From Amphiscolops sp. MND2022 (Eukaryota): a stretch of DNA of 64,000 nucleotides. The notes beneath the pieces were generated by a model. The model saw only the letters and a program-made list of their open reading frames with translations. It did not search any database and was not told where the DNA came from. Location of the stretch: assembly GCA_964187785.1 (NCBI GenBank), contig OZ076409.1, positions 72,790,001 through 72,854,000 on the forward strand. Reading direction: 5' to 3'. The position numbers and the translations under genes were made by a program. The first letter of the stretch is position 1; every line of letters begins with the position of its first letter. Shown one piece after another: positions 1 through 12,600 of the stretch.

Positions 1-1508
1 GGTCCTGTCGCGAGCCTTAGATACCAAAAATAGCCTATCCGCGACCGGGTCAAAAAAATGCGATCTCGAAAACTAGCCGTACGATTTGGCTGAAATTTGG
101 CACACGGCTTCCTATAACAATTCTAAGAAACATTTACTACTGACGTTTTGCTGGCAAAAATCGAAAAGTGGGTCAAAATAACGGTTTTTGGGGTAAAAAG
201 TAGCGTTTTTTTGAAAATTTTGCATTTCACAGCCAATTACTCGGAAATGGTCGATCCAGCGCAGTAACGCCTTGCTGATTTATTGTTGGGCACGTCAAGA
301 GGCGTACGTACACAAATTTTCGTCAAAATCGGACTGAAACTTGGGGAGATATTAACGGTAGTTTGGGGGTTTCAAACCGCTATTTTACAGGAAATTGCAC
401 TTTTTGACCGGGAAGGAGTTGTCTGAGTGCGGGGTCGTCTGGTAATGTTTTGTAGAGCATCTGGGGACGTAGTGGGGGACATGTAATTTAATGACCCCGG
501 TTAACCCCTCGGACGGGAAATGACCGTTATGTGGGTTTTAAATGTGGCCCCCGCCAATTTTCCCCGTTATTTCCGGTGTGAAGGAGTGGTAGTAGCGCGT
601 CGGGTGCCTTATATCAAAAGTACGTTTAGACAAGGACCTATTGGAAACATGTGGTTTGAGACCCTTTGAACGGACCCGTTAGCCGCTAATGGGGTGACTG
701 CCTCCTTTTTTTGGGGGTAATACCGTAAAACGGGCATTGAAGTGAAATTAACTCGTGAACGCGTGGAGCTATCGTGTCCTTCACTACTACAAGGTTTCAT
801 ACCCATGATATGGTGCCTTCAGGGGGGCAACAGATTTCCGCTATCTATCACCGTTACGGACTTGGCCCCCCAGCCTAACCGCTATGTGACCGGAAATGTC
901 ACTTTTTGAGCCCAAAGTGTCGGTCCCAGCGTGGCAACGTTAGGTAACATATTGTAGTACACATTGAGACGAGTCGGGGGATTTAGTTTCAGTCACACCC
1001 TGTTGGCCCGTTAGGTCGGAAATGACCGTTATGTAGTGAAAAATGGGATTTTTATAGTTTTTGAAGGCCATTTCGGGCAGGAAGGAGGGGTAATATGACT
1101 TTGGACACCATATGATGGAAGACGTGAAGTGTGACGAGCATTCCGGATTAACCGTTATGATGACCCGGAAGTCCCCCTGGCCCCGGAAATGACCAAAAAA
1201 ATGTAACATTTTGTGTTTTTTGATTAAAAATGTTTGTTATTTAACCGAATAAAGTACATGTTAGGTGTTTCAATTTCTTCCAGAGGTGAATATAGTCCAA
1301 TTACATGGTGGGGGGTAACGGTATATTGCCCCGGAAGTCCAACCCGTTGGGTCTGAGTATGTTTTTCGGGTTTTAAAATGTGTCAAAACGTACTTTTGTG
1401 TAATAAATCTCTTTTGTAGGCTAATAAGGACCATTTTTGAAGAGTTTAAATTTTTTCATAGTAGTTTGTGGAACACCAAAAACTTAAATAACATAACCGT
1501 TATAATAT

Positions 1509-1552
1509 GATAGCCTTTCAAGTTGGCCTTGTGTCAACTTGGAAAGGCTATC
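1509..1552. other. 44-nt hairpin/inverted repeat, type B (GATAGCCTTTCAAGTTGGC-CTTGT-GTCAACTTGGAAAGGCTATC)
   Basis: Arms are directly readable. Copies or variants at 18898-18941, 29866-29909, 53631-53673 and 55251-55293. Confidence 0.9.
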
Positions 1553-1901
1553 CTTCAAGACTCATGCAACAAAGAAGTTTTTGGGTACATTTGTATTGCT
1601 TTAGTGTCAATTAGAGTATCAACAAGAGTATACCAAGCACTAAAATTATGTCTAGTTTTCGTTATTAGGATATTAGTTTCCTTAATATTTGTCGGAAATG
1701 CTTTTTTTAATCTCTTTTAATGTGGTCTAAATACTCTGAAAACACTTTATCGAACCAATTTTCTTGGATGAACCTTAGTAACAATACTAAAAATCGTAGA
1801 CAACCTTGCTTCGTTTAAATATTTGAAGCTGAAACCGCACCTTACCGTTGCTCAAACTTCAACCCGACGCCCCATAGCATACATCAACGCCCATCGTCTG
1901 T

Positions 1902-1921
1902 GGGCATGCCGAGGCATGCCC
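1902..1921. promoter_or_regulatory. Conserved palindrome GGGCATGCC-GA-GGCATGCCC; matches the p53/p63/p73 response element (RRRCWWGYYY x2, no spacer). Representative copy
   Basis: Present near the 3' end of 44 of 45 cassette tails (e.g. 3195-3214, 44401-44420, 47886-47905, 50069-50088). GGGCATGCCG + AGGCATGCCC matches the consensus at 19/20 positions. The motif is certain; the p53 function is inferred. Confidence 0.6.
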
Positions 1922-1965
1922 TTCGACGACGTATGCCAAATACCTTTAACCCGACGCCCGCAGTC

Positions 1966-1972
1966 CTGGGTG
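1966..1972 (+). other. Cassette junction core CTRG|GTG (representative; 45 copies)
   Basis: CTGGGTG at 1966, 19354, 30323 and 36763; CTAGGTG at the other 41 boundaries (e.g. 3254, 4546, 5849, 7121). Flanking families switch on either side of it. Confidence 0.9.
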
Positions 1973-2394
1973 CCGGGATTTCTATTCGATAAAGTATGTG
2001 GCGCGCCTTGGGTAGGGTCCCTTGCGCGCTCTTGGGTATGGTGTTCACCAGCTAGGAAATAGGGGTCGATTTTTCGGGATCTCCTAAACTAGCCACACGA
2101 TTTGGCTGAAATTTGGCACACGTACTCCCCTCGGCATGGTGAAGATGATTTCCTACTAGCGTTTTGCTCGCAAAATTTTTTTTGTTGTCCAAAATAACGG
2201 TTTTTGGTGGAAAATTTTGAACTTTTTTTAAATTTCATCTTATATCTCGCCACGGGTTTACGCTAGCGCTTCAAAACCCTGCTAAAGAAAGCTTGCAAAC
2301 TGTCTCAGCAATGCGGTGTGAAATTTTCAGCACAATCGGACTCAAACTCAAGGAGATATAGCGTTTTTCCGGAGCGGGGGGGTTTCATTTTTCT

Positions 2395-2546
2395 AACGGT
2401 CCAGCTTATCTTAGCCATTTTTTCGAAAATGTACTTGCCTAAAGACCTCCCCTGGCCGGTTTTATTCCCAGCAAAACCATTTGGCCCTAAATACGGAGTT
2501 TCAGCGTTCCAGCATTCCCGGGCGAAAAGTTGTGTGACTTAGAAAA
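2395..2546 (+). repeat. Conserved central core of standard cassettes (~150 bp; ...CCTAAAG(G/A)CCTCCCCTGGCCG...CCATTTGGCCCTAAATACGGAGTTTCAGCGTTCCAGC...GACTTAGAAAA)
   Basis: The longest block shared across standard units. A degenerate version occurs in L2 units (about 49183-49248); it is not recognisable in L1, L3 or L4. Confidence 0.9.
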
Positions 2547-2943
2547 ATTCAAAAATTTTGAAATTTTTTTTTTCGGTTTTCCGCCCTCCCCCCCGAGGGG
2601 AAAAGACCCCCCAACCAGTAATTTGAGTGAATTCATGTGGAAAGGCCATGTTTAGAGGAGAAAAATCCCGTTTAAATCGTCTTTTTATCTTTATTCAACG
2701 TTGACTTATGACGTTTTGAAGGTGATGTTTGGAAGGTGTGAAGCACGTGAAAAGTAAACGTTATGAGTATTTATCTGATCTAAAAGCCATTGAGATGCAA
2801 TCTGTTTTGCTCAAAACGTAATTCATATCCGTTTGGTAGTCAATCAACACCCTTTGTTGTCATTTGACATCTTTTTTTGTTGATATAAGAAAAAATTTTG
2901 TGTATTTATTAATTTTTTTCTCATCAAATAACTTGAAACAGTT

Positions 2944-2988
2944 GAGTACATTCCATCCCCCCTTCACGGGGGAGATGAGAATGTACTC
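2944..2988. other. ~44-nt hairpin/inverted repeat, type A (GAGTACATTYCATCTCCC-loop-GGGAGATGAGAATGTACTC), preceded by CAGTT. Representative copy
   Basis: One per standard cassette, roughly 245-290 nt before the junction (e.g. 10667-10709, 36476-36518). Variants occur in L2 units at 47442 and 49626. Confidence 0.93.
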
Positions 2989-3387
2989 GCAAAAAGCCCC
3001 AAACTACGGCCCTTACCTTCCTGAGCTACGCAGTATAAAGATTGCATATTGGTTCCGACATTTTGATAGAGTTATATCTTGGTAATCTGTCTGGGTATGC
3101 AGAAAAACCAGCACGTGCTTTTTTATACCAAGTTGCTCACAACGACATTTATTTTATATCAACGCCCCCATATTTATCAACGCCCCCCGTCCGTGGGCAT
3201 GCCGAGGCATGCCCTTCGACGACGTATACCAAGATATGTTCGAGCGCGTTAGCCTAGGTGCCGGTGTTTTTTTACACAATGGGGGAAGTTGCGCGGTTGG
3301 GGAGGGTCCCTGACGCGCTTCCGTGGTATCGGGTCTTTCAACCGATGAAAACGACATAAAAAATTGGGATCTCGTAAACTAGCCATA

Positions 3388-3628
3388 CGATTTGGCTGAA
3401 ATTTGGCACACGTACCCCCCTCGGCACGGTGAAGATGATTCCCTACTGACGTTTTGCTCGCTAAACATTTTTTGTTGACCAAAATAACGGTTTTTGGGGT
3501 AAAATTTTGAACTTTTTTTAAATTTCATCTTATATCTCGCCACGGGTACACGCTAGCGCTTCCAAACCTTTCTGACGAAACCTTGCAAACTGTCTCAGGA
3601 ATGCGGTGTGAAATTTTCAGCTCAATCG
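3388..3628. repeat. Imperfect internal inverted repeat pair (CGATTTGGCTGAAATTTGGCACAC ... GTGTGAAATTTTCAGCTCAATCG). Representative copy
   Basis: 3388-3411 versus the reverse complement of 3606-3628 (CGATTGAGCTGAAAATTTCACAC). The left box is recognisable about 125-155 nt after nearly every junction, including most long units. Confidence 0.8.
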
Positions 3629-6600
3629 GACTCAAACTCGAGGAGATATAGCGTTTTTCCGGAGCGGGGGGGTTTCATTTTTCTAACGGTCCAGCTTATC
3701 TTTGCCATTTTTTCAAAAATGCACTCGCCTAAAGGCCTCCCCTGGCCGGTTTTATTCCCAGCAAAACCATTTGGCCCTAAATACGGAGTTTCAGCGTTCC
3801 AGCATTCCCGGGCGAAAAGTTGTGGGACTTAGAAAATTTCAAAAATTTTCAAAAACTTTTTTTTCCGTTATTTGGGCCCCCAAAGTGGGGGAAAAGACCC
3901 CCCAACCAGTAAAGCAAGTGAATGCATGTGCAAAGCCCTTGTTTAGAGGAGAAAAATGCCGTTTAGAACGTCTTTTTATCTTGGCTCAACGTTGACTTAT
4001 GACGTTTTGAAGGTGATGTTTGGAGGTGTAAAGCACGTGAATAGTAAACGTTATGAGTATTTATCTGATCTGAAAGCCATTGAGATGCAATATGGTTTGC
4101 TCAAAACGTAATTCATTGCAGTTTGGCGATCAATCAACACCCTTTGTTGTCGTTTGACATACTTTTTTGTTGTTATAATAAAAAATTTTGTGTATTTATT
4201 CATTTTTTTCTCATCAAATAACTTGAAACAGTTGAGTACATTCCATCCCCCCCTTCCGGGGGAGATGAGAATGTACTCGCAAAAAGCACCGAACTACGGC
4301 CCTTACCTTCCCGAGCTACGCAGTATAAGGATTACATATTGGTTCCGACATTTTCATAGAGTTAAATCTTGGTAATCTGTCTGGATATGCCGAAAAATCA
4401 GCACGTGCCTTTTAATACCAAGTTGCTCACAACGACAATTATTTTATATCAACGCCCCCATATTTATCAACGCCCCCCGTCCGTGGGCATGCCGAGGCAT
4501 GCCCTTCGACGACCCGCACCAAAATATGCGTTAACGCGGTAGCTGCTAGGTGCCGGGATTTCTATTCGTTCGAGTATGTGGCGCGTGTGGGTAGGGCCCC
4601 TGGCGCGCTCTTTTATTTCGGGTACACCTACTCCAAATTCACGATGTGATTTCGACGATCTCGTAAACTAGCCACACAATTTGGCTGAAATTTGGCACAC
4701 GTACCCCCCTCGGCACGGTGAAGATGATTTCCTACTGACGTTTTTCCCGCTAAACATTTTTTGTTGTTCAAAATAACGGTTTTTGGGGTAAAATTTTCAA
4801 CTTTTTTTAAATTTCATCTTATATCTCGCCACGGGTACACGCTAGCGCTTCCAAACCTTGCTGACGAAAGTTTGCAAACTGTCTCAGGAATGCTGTGTGA
4901 AATTTTCAGCTCAATCGGACTTAAACTCGAGGAGATATAGCGTTTTTCCGAAGCGGGGGGGTTTCATTTTTCTAACGGTCCAGCTTATCTTTGCCATTTT
5001 TTCGAAAATGCACTCGCCTAAAGGCCTCCCCTGGCCGGTTTTATTCCCAGCAAAACCATTTGGCCCTAAATACGGAGTTTCAGCGTTCCAGCATTCCTGG
5101 GCGAAAAGTTGTGGGACTTAGAAAAGTTCAAAAAATTTCAAAAAAATTTTTTTCCGTTTTCCGCCCTCCCCCCGAGGGGAAAAGACCCCCCAACCAGTAA
5201 TTTGAGTGAATTCATGTGGAAAGGCCATGTTTAGAGGAGAAAAATACCGTTTAGATCGTCTTTTTATTTTAACCTGTCGTTGACTTATGTTGTTTTGAAG
5301 GTGATGTTTGGGTGTGTGAAGCTTGTGAAACGGTAATTTATTGTGTTTTTATCTCTTCTAAAAGCATTTGAGCTACACGGTGTGCGACTCAGAACGTGTT
5401 TAATTCTAATTTAGCAATGCATCAACACATTTTTGTGTCTTTTGACTCTGTTTAAAAAAGTTTTTCCGACAAAAATAAAAAAAATTTTATAAATATTCGC
5501 ATTTTTTTTGATCTCATGACTCGAAACAGTTGAGTACATTCCATCTCCCTTCCCGGGGGAGATGAGAATGTACTCTTTAGAGACCAGGTACTACAGTACT
5601 TACCTTCCCCGAGCAACGCCCCATAAAAATTGCGTTTTGATCCAGATATTTTGACATAATTTTATCTTTGTAATTTGACTGGAAATGAAGAAAATGCCGC
5701 ACGTGCTCTTTTATATCAAGTATCTTAACAACGCCATCTCTTTTACGTCAACGCCCCATAGTTCACATCAACGCCCACCGTCCGTGGGCATGCCGAGGCA
5801 TGCCCTTCGACGACGTATGCCCAAGATATACCCCGAGCGCGGTAGCTGCTAGGTGCCGGGATTTTCTATTCGACAAGTTTGCGCGCCTTGGGGAGGGTCC
5901 CTTTGCGCGCTTTAAGATCCAGGTGTTTCCAACTCCTAAACGGGCATGTGATTTCGACGATCTCCTAAACTAGCCATACGATTTGGCTGAAATTTGGCAC
6001 ACGTACCCCCCTCGGCACGGTGAAGATGATTCCCTACTGACGTTTTTCCCGCTAAACATTTTTTGTTGACCAAAATAACGGTTTTTGGGGTAAAATTTTG
6101 AACTTTTTTTAAATTTCATCTTATATCTCGCCACGGGTACACGCTAGCGCTTCCAAATGTTGCTGACGAAAGTTTGCAAACTGTCTCAGGAATGCTGTGT
6201 GAAATTTTCAGCTCAATCGGACTTAAACTCGGGGAGATATAGCGTTTTTCCGGAGCGGGGGGGTTTCATTTTTCTAACGGTCCAGCTTATCTTTGCCATT
6301 TTTTCGAAAATGCACTCGCCTAAAGGCCTCCCCTGGCCGGTTTTATTCCCAGCAAAACCATTTGGCCCTAAATACGGAGTTTCAGCGTTCCAGCATTCCC
6401 GGGCGAAAAGTTGTGGGACTTAGAAAATTTCAAAAATTTTCAAAAAAAAATTTTTCCGTTATTTGGGCCCCCAAAGTGGGGGAAAAGACCCCCCAACCAG
6501 TAAAGCAAGTGAATGCATGTGGAAAGCCCTTAGTTAGATGAGAAAAATGGCGTTTAGAACGTCTTTTTATCTTGGCTCAACGTTGTCTTATGACGTTTTG

Positions 6601-9600
6601 AAGGTGACCGTTAGATACGGAAAATTGATGTTTTGAGTCTTTATCCCATCTGAAAGCCACTGAGATACAACATGTTTTGCTCAAAACGTATTTCATTGCA
6701 GTTTCGCTGTCCATTAACACCCTTTGGTGTCTTTTGACGTATTTTTCTTTTCTATAATATCATTTTTTCTGTGTATTGATTCATTTGTTTTTCATCAAAT
6801 AACTTGAAACAGTTGAGTACATTCCATCTCCCTTCCCTGGGGAGATGAGAATGTACTCGCTAAAGGCCGCGAACTACGGTCTATATCTTCCCCAACACAA
6901 AAGAGATTGAAAATTGTTTCATTTTGTGGAGAAAATTCTTCTTTTTGTACACTGTGACTCGACAAAGTGAACGTTTCTTACCTATTTTGAAACTTCCCTC
7001 ACCAAAAACCATCTCTAACGTCAGCGCCCCCCTACTTGCATCAACGCCCCCCGTCCGTGGGCATGCCGAGGCATGCCCTTCGACGACGTATACCAAGATA
7101 TACCTGGAGCGCGGTAGCCGCTAGGTGCCGGTGTTTTTTTACACAATGGGGGAAGTTGCGCGGTTGGGGAGGGTCCCTGACGCGCTTCCGTGGTATCGGG
7201 TCTTTCAACCGATGAAAACGACATAAAAAATTGGGATCTCGTAAACTAGCCATACGATTTGGCTGAAATTTGGCACACGTACCCCCCTCGGCACGGTGAA
7301 GATGATTCCCTACTGACGTTTTTCCCGCTAAACATTTTTTGTTGACCAAAATAACGGTTTTTGGGGTAAAATTTTCAATTTTTTTTAAATTTTATCTTAT
7401 ATCTCGCCACGGGTTTACGCTAGCGCTTCCAAACCTTGCTGACGAAACCTTGCAAACTGTCTCCGGAATGCTGTGTGAAATTTTCAGCTCAATCGGACTT
7501 AAACTCGAGGAGATATAGCGTTTTTCCGGAGCGGGGGGGTTTCATTTTTCTAACGGTCCAGCTTATCTTTGCCATTTTTTCGAAAATGCACTCGCCTAAA
7601 GGCCTCCCCTGGCCGGTTTTATTCCCAGCAAAACCATTTGGCCCTAAATACGGAGTTTCAGCGTTCCAGCATTCCCGGGCGAAAAGTTGTGGGACTTAGA
7701 AAATTTCAAAAATTTTCAAAAATTTTTTTTTCCGTTATTTGGGCCCCCAAAGTGGGGGAAAAGACCCCCCAACCAGTAAAGCAAGTGAATGCATGTGCAA
7801 AGCCCTTGTTTAGAGGAGAAAAATGCCGTTTAGAACGTCTTTTTATCTTGGCTCAACGTTGACTTATGATGTTTTGAAGGTGATGTTTGGAGGTGTAAAG
7901 CACGTGAATAGTAAACGTTATGAGTATTTATCTGATCTGAAAGCCATTGAGATGCAATATGGTTTGCTCAAAACGTAATTCATGGCAGTTTGGCAATCAA
8001 TCAACACCCTTTAATGTCGTTTGACATACTTTTTTGTTGTTATAATAAAAATTTTGTGTATTTGTTCATTTTTTTCTCATCAAATAACTTGAAACAGTTG
8101 AGTACATTCCATCCCCCCCTTCCGGGGGAGATGAGAATGTACTCGCAAAAAGCAGCGAATTACGGCCCTTACCTTCCCGAGCTACGCACTATAAGAATTA
8201 CACATTGGTTCCGACATTTTCATAGAGTTAAATCTTGGTAATCTGTCTGGATATGCAGAAAAATCAGCACGTGCCTTTTAATACCAAGTTGCTCACAACG
8301 ACAATTATTTTATATCAACGCCCCCCGTCCGTGGGCATGCCGAGGCATGCCCTTCGACGACGTATACCAAGATATGCGTTAACGCGTTAGCCTAGGTGCC
8401 GGTGTTTTTTTACACAATGGGGGAAGTTGCGCGGTTGGGGAGGGTCCCTGACGCGCTCCCGGGATTTCGGATTTTTTAACCTTTACGTACCCATCAAAAA
8501 TTTTGGGATCTCGAAAACTAGCCGTACGATTTGGCTGAAATTTGGCACACGTACCCCCCTCGGCACGGTGAAGATGATTCCCTTCTGACGTTTTGCTCGC
8601 TAAACATTTTTTGTTGACCAAAATAACGGTTTTTGGGGTAAAATTTTCAACTTTCTTTAAATTTCATCTTATATCTCGCCACGGGTACACGCTAGCGCTT
8701 TCAAACCTTGCTGACGAAAGTTTGCAAACTGTCTCAGGAATGCTGTGTGAAATTTTCAGCTCAATCGGACTCAAACTCGAGGAGATATAGCGTTTTTCCG
8801 GAGCGGGGGGGTTTCATTTTTCTAACGGTCCAGCTTATCTTTGCCATTTTTTCGAAAATGTACTCGTCTAAAGGCCTCCCCTGGCCGGTTTTATTCCCAG
8901 CAAAACCATTTGGCCCTAAATACGGAGTTTCAGCGTTCCAGCGTTTCCGGGCGAAAAGTTGTGGGACTTAGAAAATTTCAAAAATTTACAAAAAAAATTT
9001 TTTTCTTATTTGGGCCCCCAAAGTGGGGGAAAAGACCCCCCAACCAGTCAAGCAAGTGAATGCATGTGCAAAGCCCTTGTTTGGACGAGAAAAATGCCGT
9101 TTAGAACGTCTTTTTATCTTGGCTCAACGTTGACTTATGACGTTTTGAAGGTGATGTTTGGAGGTGTAAAGCACGTGAATAGTAAACGTTATGAGTATTT
9201 ATCTGATCTGAAAGCCATTGAGATGCAATATGGTTTGCTCAAAACGTAATTCATGGCAGTTTGGCAATCAATCAACACCCTTTGTTGTCGTTTGACATAC
9301 TTTTTTGGTGTTATAATAAAAAAATTTGTGTATTTATTCATTTTTTTCTCATCAAATAACTTGAAACAGTTGAGTACATTCCATCCCCCTTCACGGGGGA
9401 GATGAGAATGTACTCGCAAAAAGCACCGAACTACAGCCCTTACCTTCCTGAGCTACGCAGTATAAAGATTGCATATTGGTTCCGACATTTTGATAGAGTT
9501 ATATCTTGGTAATCTGTCTGGGTATGCAGAAAAACCAGCACGTGCTTTTTTATACCAAGTTGCTTACAACGACAATTATTTTATATCAACGCCCCCATAT

Positions 9601-12600
9601 TTATCAACGCCCACCGTCCGTGGGCATGCCGAGGCATGCCCTTCGACGACGTATACCAAGATATACATCGAGCGCGTTAGCCTAGGTGGCCGTGTCTTTT
9701 CGACGTGCTTTTGCATTGAGGAGTGGGTAGGGCCCCGCGACGACCTAGAAGAATTGGATGCTCACCGAAACGTGCAGAATTCTACGAGATCTCATAGTTT
9801 GAGCCATACGATTTTTCTGAAATTTGGCATGTGGCCTGGAATTGGTGAGTAGGTAAAACGTGTAGAAGGTAATTTTTCCCAAATTCCACTGTGAGAGGAG
9901 ATATGGGCAAATAACGGACCCAAAAATGGCAAAAATGCACATTTTTCAACTTTGTCAGCCAATATCTCTTTTCCAGGTGCCCGTAGCGTTCCGCACGTGG
10001 ACATCAATATTGCTCAGCGCTGTTGGAGAAGTGCGTGGACAAATTTTGGTTTAAATCGGACTTAAACTTGACGAGAAATTAACGGTTTTTTGGGCGTTTC
10101 CGGGGTAAATTTTTTAACGGTCCAGCTTATCTTTGCCATTTTTTCGAAAATGTACATGCCTAAAGGCCTCCCCCTGGCCGAATTTACTCCCAGCAAACCC
10201 ATTTGGCCCTAAATACGGAGTTTCAGCGTTCCAGCATTCCGGGGCGGAAAGTTGTGGGACTTGGAAAAATTTCAAAATTTTTTCAAAAAATTTTTTTCCC
10301 GTTTTCCGGGCCCCCAATGAAGGGGAACGACCCCCCGACCAGTATTTTGAGTGAATTCATGTGGAACGCCCATGTTTGGAGGAGAAAAATGCCGTTTAGC
10401 ACATCTTTTTATCTTAACTTGACATTGACTTATTTCGTTTTGAATGTGATGTTAGGATATATGAAGCATGTTAAAAGTTGAAGTTTTGAGTCTTTATCTC
10501 ATCGGAAAACCATTGAGATACAAGCAGTTTTGCTAAAAACGATTTTCATTGTAGGTTAGCAGAGTATTAGTACACTTTGATGTCATTTGAGTATTTTTTT
10601 CTTCTATATAATAACTGTTTTTATGTATTTATTCCAATTTATCTCATCTTTTAACATCAAGCAGTTGAGTACATTTCATCTCCCTTTCGGGGGAGATGAG
10701 AATGTACTCGCTAAAAAACTAATGCTTTGGCGCCAATGTTTGGATGGGAAGTTTTCTATGCTTTGAAAAAAGTTATTTTTAATTACTTGATTTTTTAAAA
10801 CAATAATTAACATGAAGTACATTACTTGCTCCTACTACTACCACCATACATCTCTAACGTCAACGCCCCCTGCTTGCATCAACGCCCCATCGTCCGTGGG
10901 CATGCCGAGGCATGCCCTTCGACGACGTATGCCAAATGCCCAATGCCACGCAGTCTTTCCCCGCTAGGTGCCGGGATTTTCTATTCGACAAGTTTGCGCG
11001 CCTTGGGGAGGGTCCCTTTGCGCGCTTTAAGATCCAGGTGTTTCCAACTCCTAAACGGGCATGTGATTTCGACGATCTCCTAAACTAGCCATACGATTTG
11101 GCTGAAATTTGGCACACGTACCCCCCTCGGCACGGTGAAGATGATTTCCTACTGACGTTTTTCCCGCTAAACATTTTTTGTTGACCAAAATAACGGTTTT
11201 TGGGGTAAAATTTTCAACTTTTTTTAAATTTCATCTTATATCTCGCCACGGGTACACGCTAGCGCTTCCAAACCTTGCTGACGAAACCTTGCAAACTGTC
11301 TCAGGAATGCTGTGTGAAATTTTCAGCTCAATCGGACCCAAACTCGAGGAGATATAGCGTTTTTCCGGAGCGGGGGGGTTTCATTTTTCTAACGGTCCAG
11401 CTTATCTTTGCCATTTTTTCGAATATGCACTCGCCTAAAGGCCTCCCCTGGCCGGTTTTATTCCCAACAAAACCATTTGGCCCTAAATACGGAGTTTCAG
11501 CGTTCCAGCATTCCCGGGCGAAAAGTTGTGGGACTTAGAAAAGTTCAAAAATTTTCAAAAAAAAAATTTTCCGTTATTTGGGCCCTCAAAGTGGGGGAAA
11601 AGACCCCCCAACCAGTAAAGCAAGTGAATGCATGTGGAAAGCCCTTGTTTAGACGAGAAAAATGCCGTTTAGAACGTCTTTTTATCTTAACTTGACATTG
11701 ACTTTTGTCGTTTTGAAGGTGACCGTTAGATACGGAAAATTGATGTTTTGAGTATTTATCCCATCTGAAAGCCATTGAGATACAACATGTTTTGCTCAAA
11801 ACGTGTTTCATTGCAGTTTCGCTGTCCATTATCACCCTTTGGTGTCTTTTCACGTAATTTTCGTTTCTATAATAACAATTTTTTTGTGTATTTATTCATT
11901 TTTTTCTCATCAAATAACTTGAAACATTTGAGTACATTCCATCTCCCTTCCCGGGGGAGATGAGAATGTACTCGCTAAAGGCCAGGAACTACGGTCTATA
12001 TCTTCCACAACACAAAAGGGATTGCAAATGGTTTCAGTTTGTCGCAGAAAACTTCTTTTGGCCCTCTGTGACTCGACAAAATGAACGTTTCTTACTTACT
12101 TTGAAACTCAGCATACCACAACTCATCTCTAACGTCAGCGCCCCCCTACTTGCATCAACGCCCACCGTCCGTGGGCATGCCGAGGCATGCCCTTCGACGA
12201 CGTATACCAAGATATACATCGAGCGCGGTAGCCGCTAGGTGCCGGGATTTCTATTCGTTCGAGTATGTGGCGCGTGTGGGTAGGGCCCCTGGCGCGCTCT
12301 TTTATTTCGGGTACACCTACTCCAAATTCACGATGTGATTTCGACGATCTCGTAAACTAGCCATACGATTTGGCTGAAATTTGGCACACGTACCCCCCTC
12401 GGCACGGTGAAGATGATTCCCTACTGACGTTTTGCCCGCTAAACATTTTTTGTTGACCAAAATAACGGTTTTTGGTGGAAAATTTTTGATTTTTTTTAAA
12501 TTTCATCTTATATCTCGCCACGGGTTTACGCTAGCGCTTCAAAACCTTGCTGACGAAAGTTTGCAAACTGTCTAAGGAATGCTGTGTGAAATTTTCAGCT

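Larger units (their letters stand above)
1..1969 (+). repeat. Long cassette type L1 (5'-truncated by the window edge)
   Basis: Near-identical to 17354-19357 and 28312-30326; position 1 corresponds to about 17400. It has a CCGGAA-rich body and the GATAGCC-type hairpin, and ends in CTGG. Confidence 0.95.
1970..3257 (+). repeat. Representative standard cassette (1288 bp)
   Basis: Contains all landmark motifs in order; near-identical to 32896-34182. Confidence 0.95.

Noticed and set aside
2318..2542. Recurrent short ORFs (MKFSAQSD.../MPFFRKCTRL.../...VRGHAEACPSTTY...) in most units
   Set aside because: All ORFs in the track are at most 136 aa, overlap in several frames, often use non-ATG starts, are frameshifted by homopolymer length changes between copies, and show no recognisable domain. 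They recur only because the DNA is repeated.
2944..2988. Rho-independent terminator or MITE TIRs
   Set aside because: There is no following U-tract or upstream gene, and no target-site duplication. The hairpin's position is fixed within units rather than being an insertion.
1970..3257. 5S rRNA, tRNA, snRNA or spliced-leader gene repeat (AG|GT at the junction resembles a splice donor)
   Set aside because: I recognise no such RNA sequence, and the 20-40 nt before the junction are highly variable, unlike a conserved SL exon. An Rfam search would be needed to exclude this fully.
3195..3260. Canonical Helitron call
   Set aside because: The CTRR end fits, but the 5' end is GTG rather than TC, the palindrome is 35-55 nt from the end rather than ~10-15 nt, one unit lacks it, and there is no RepHel gene. 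Kept only as a hypothesis.
4861..4892. Hammerhead ribozyme core (CTGACGA...GAA)
   Set aside because: The stem II/GAAA geometry is wrong, and the motif is mutated in sister units (CTAAAGA at 2282) and absent from most families.
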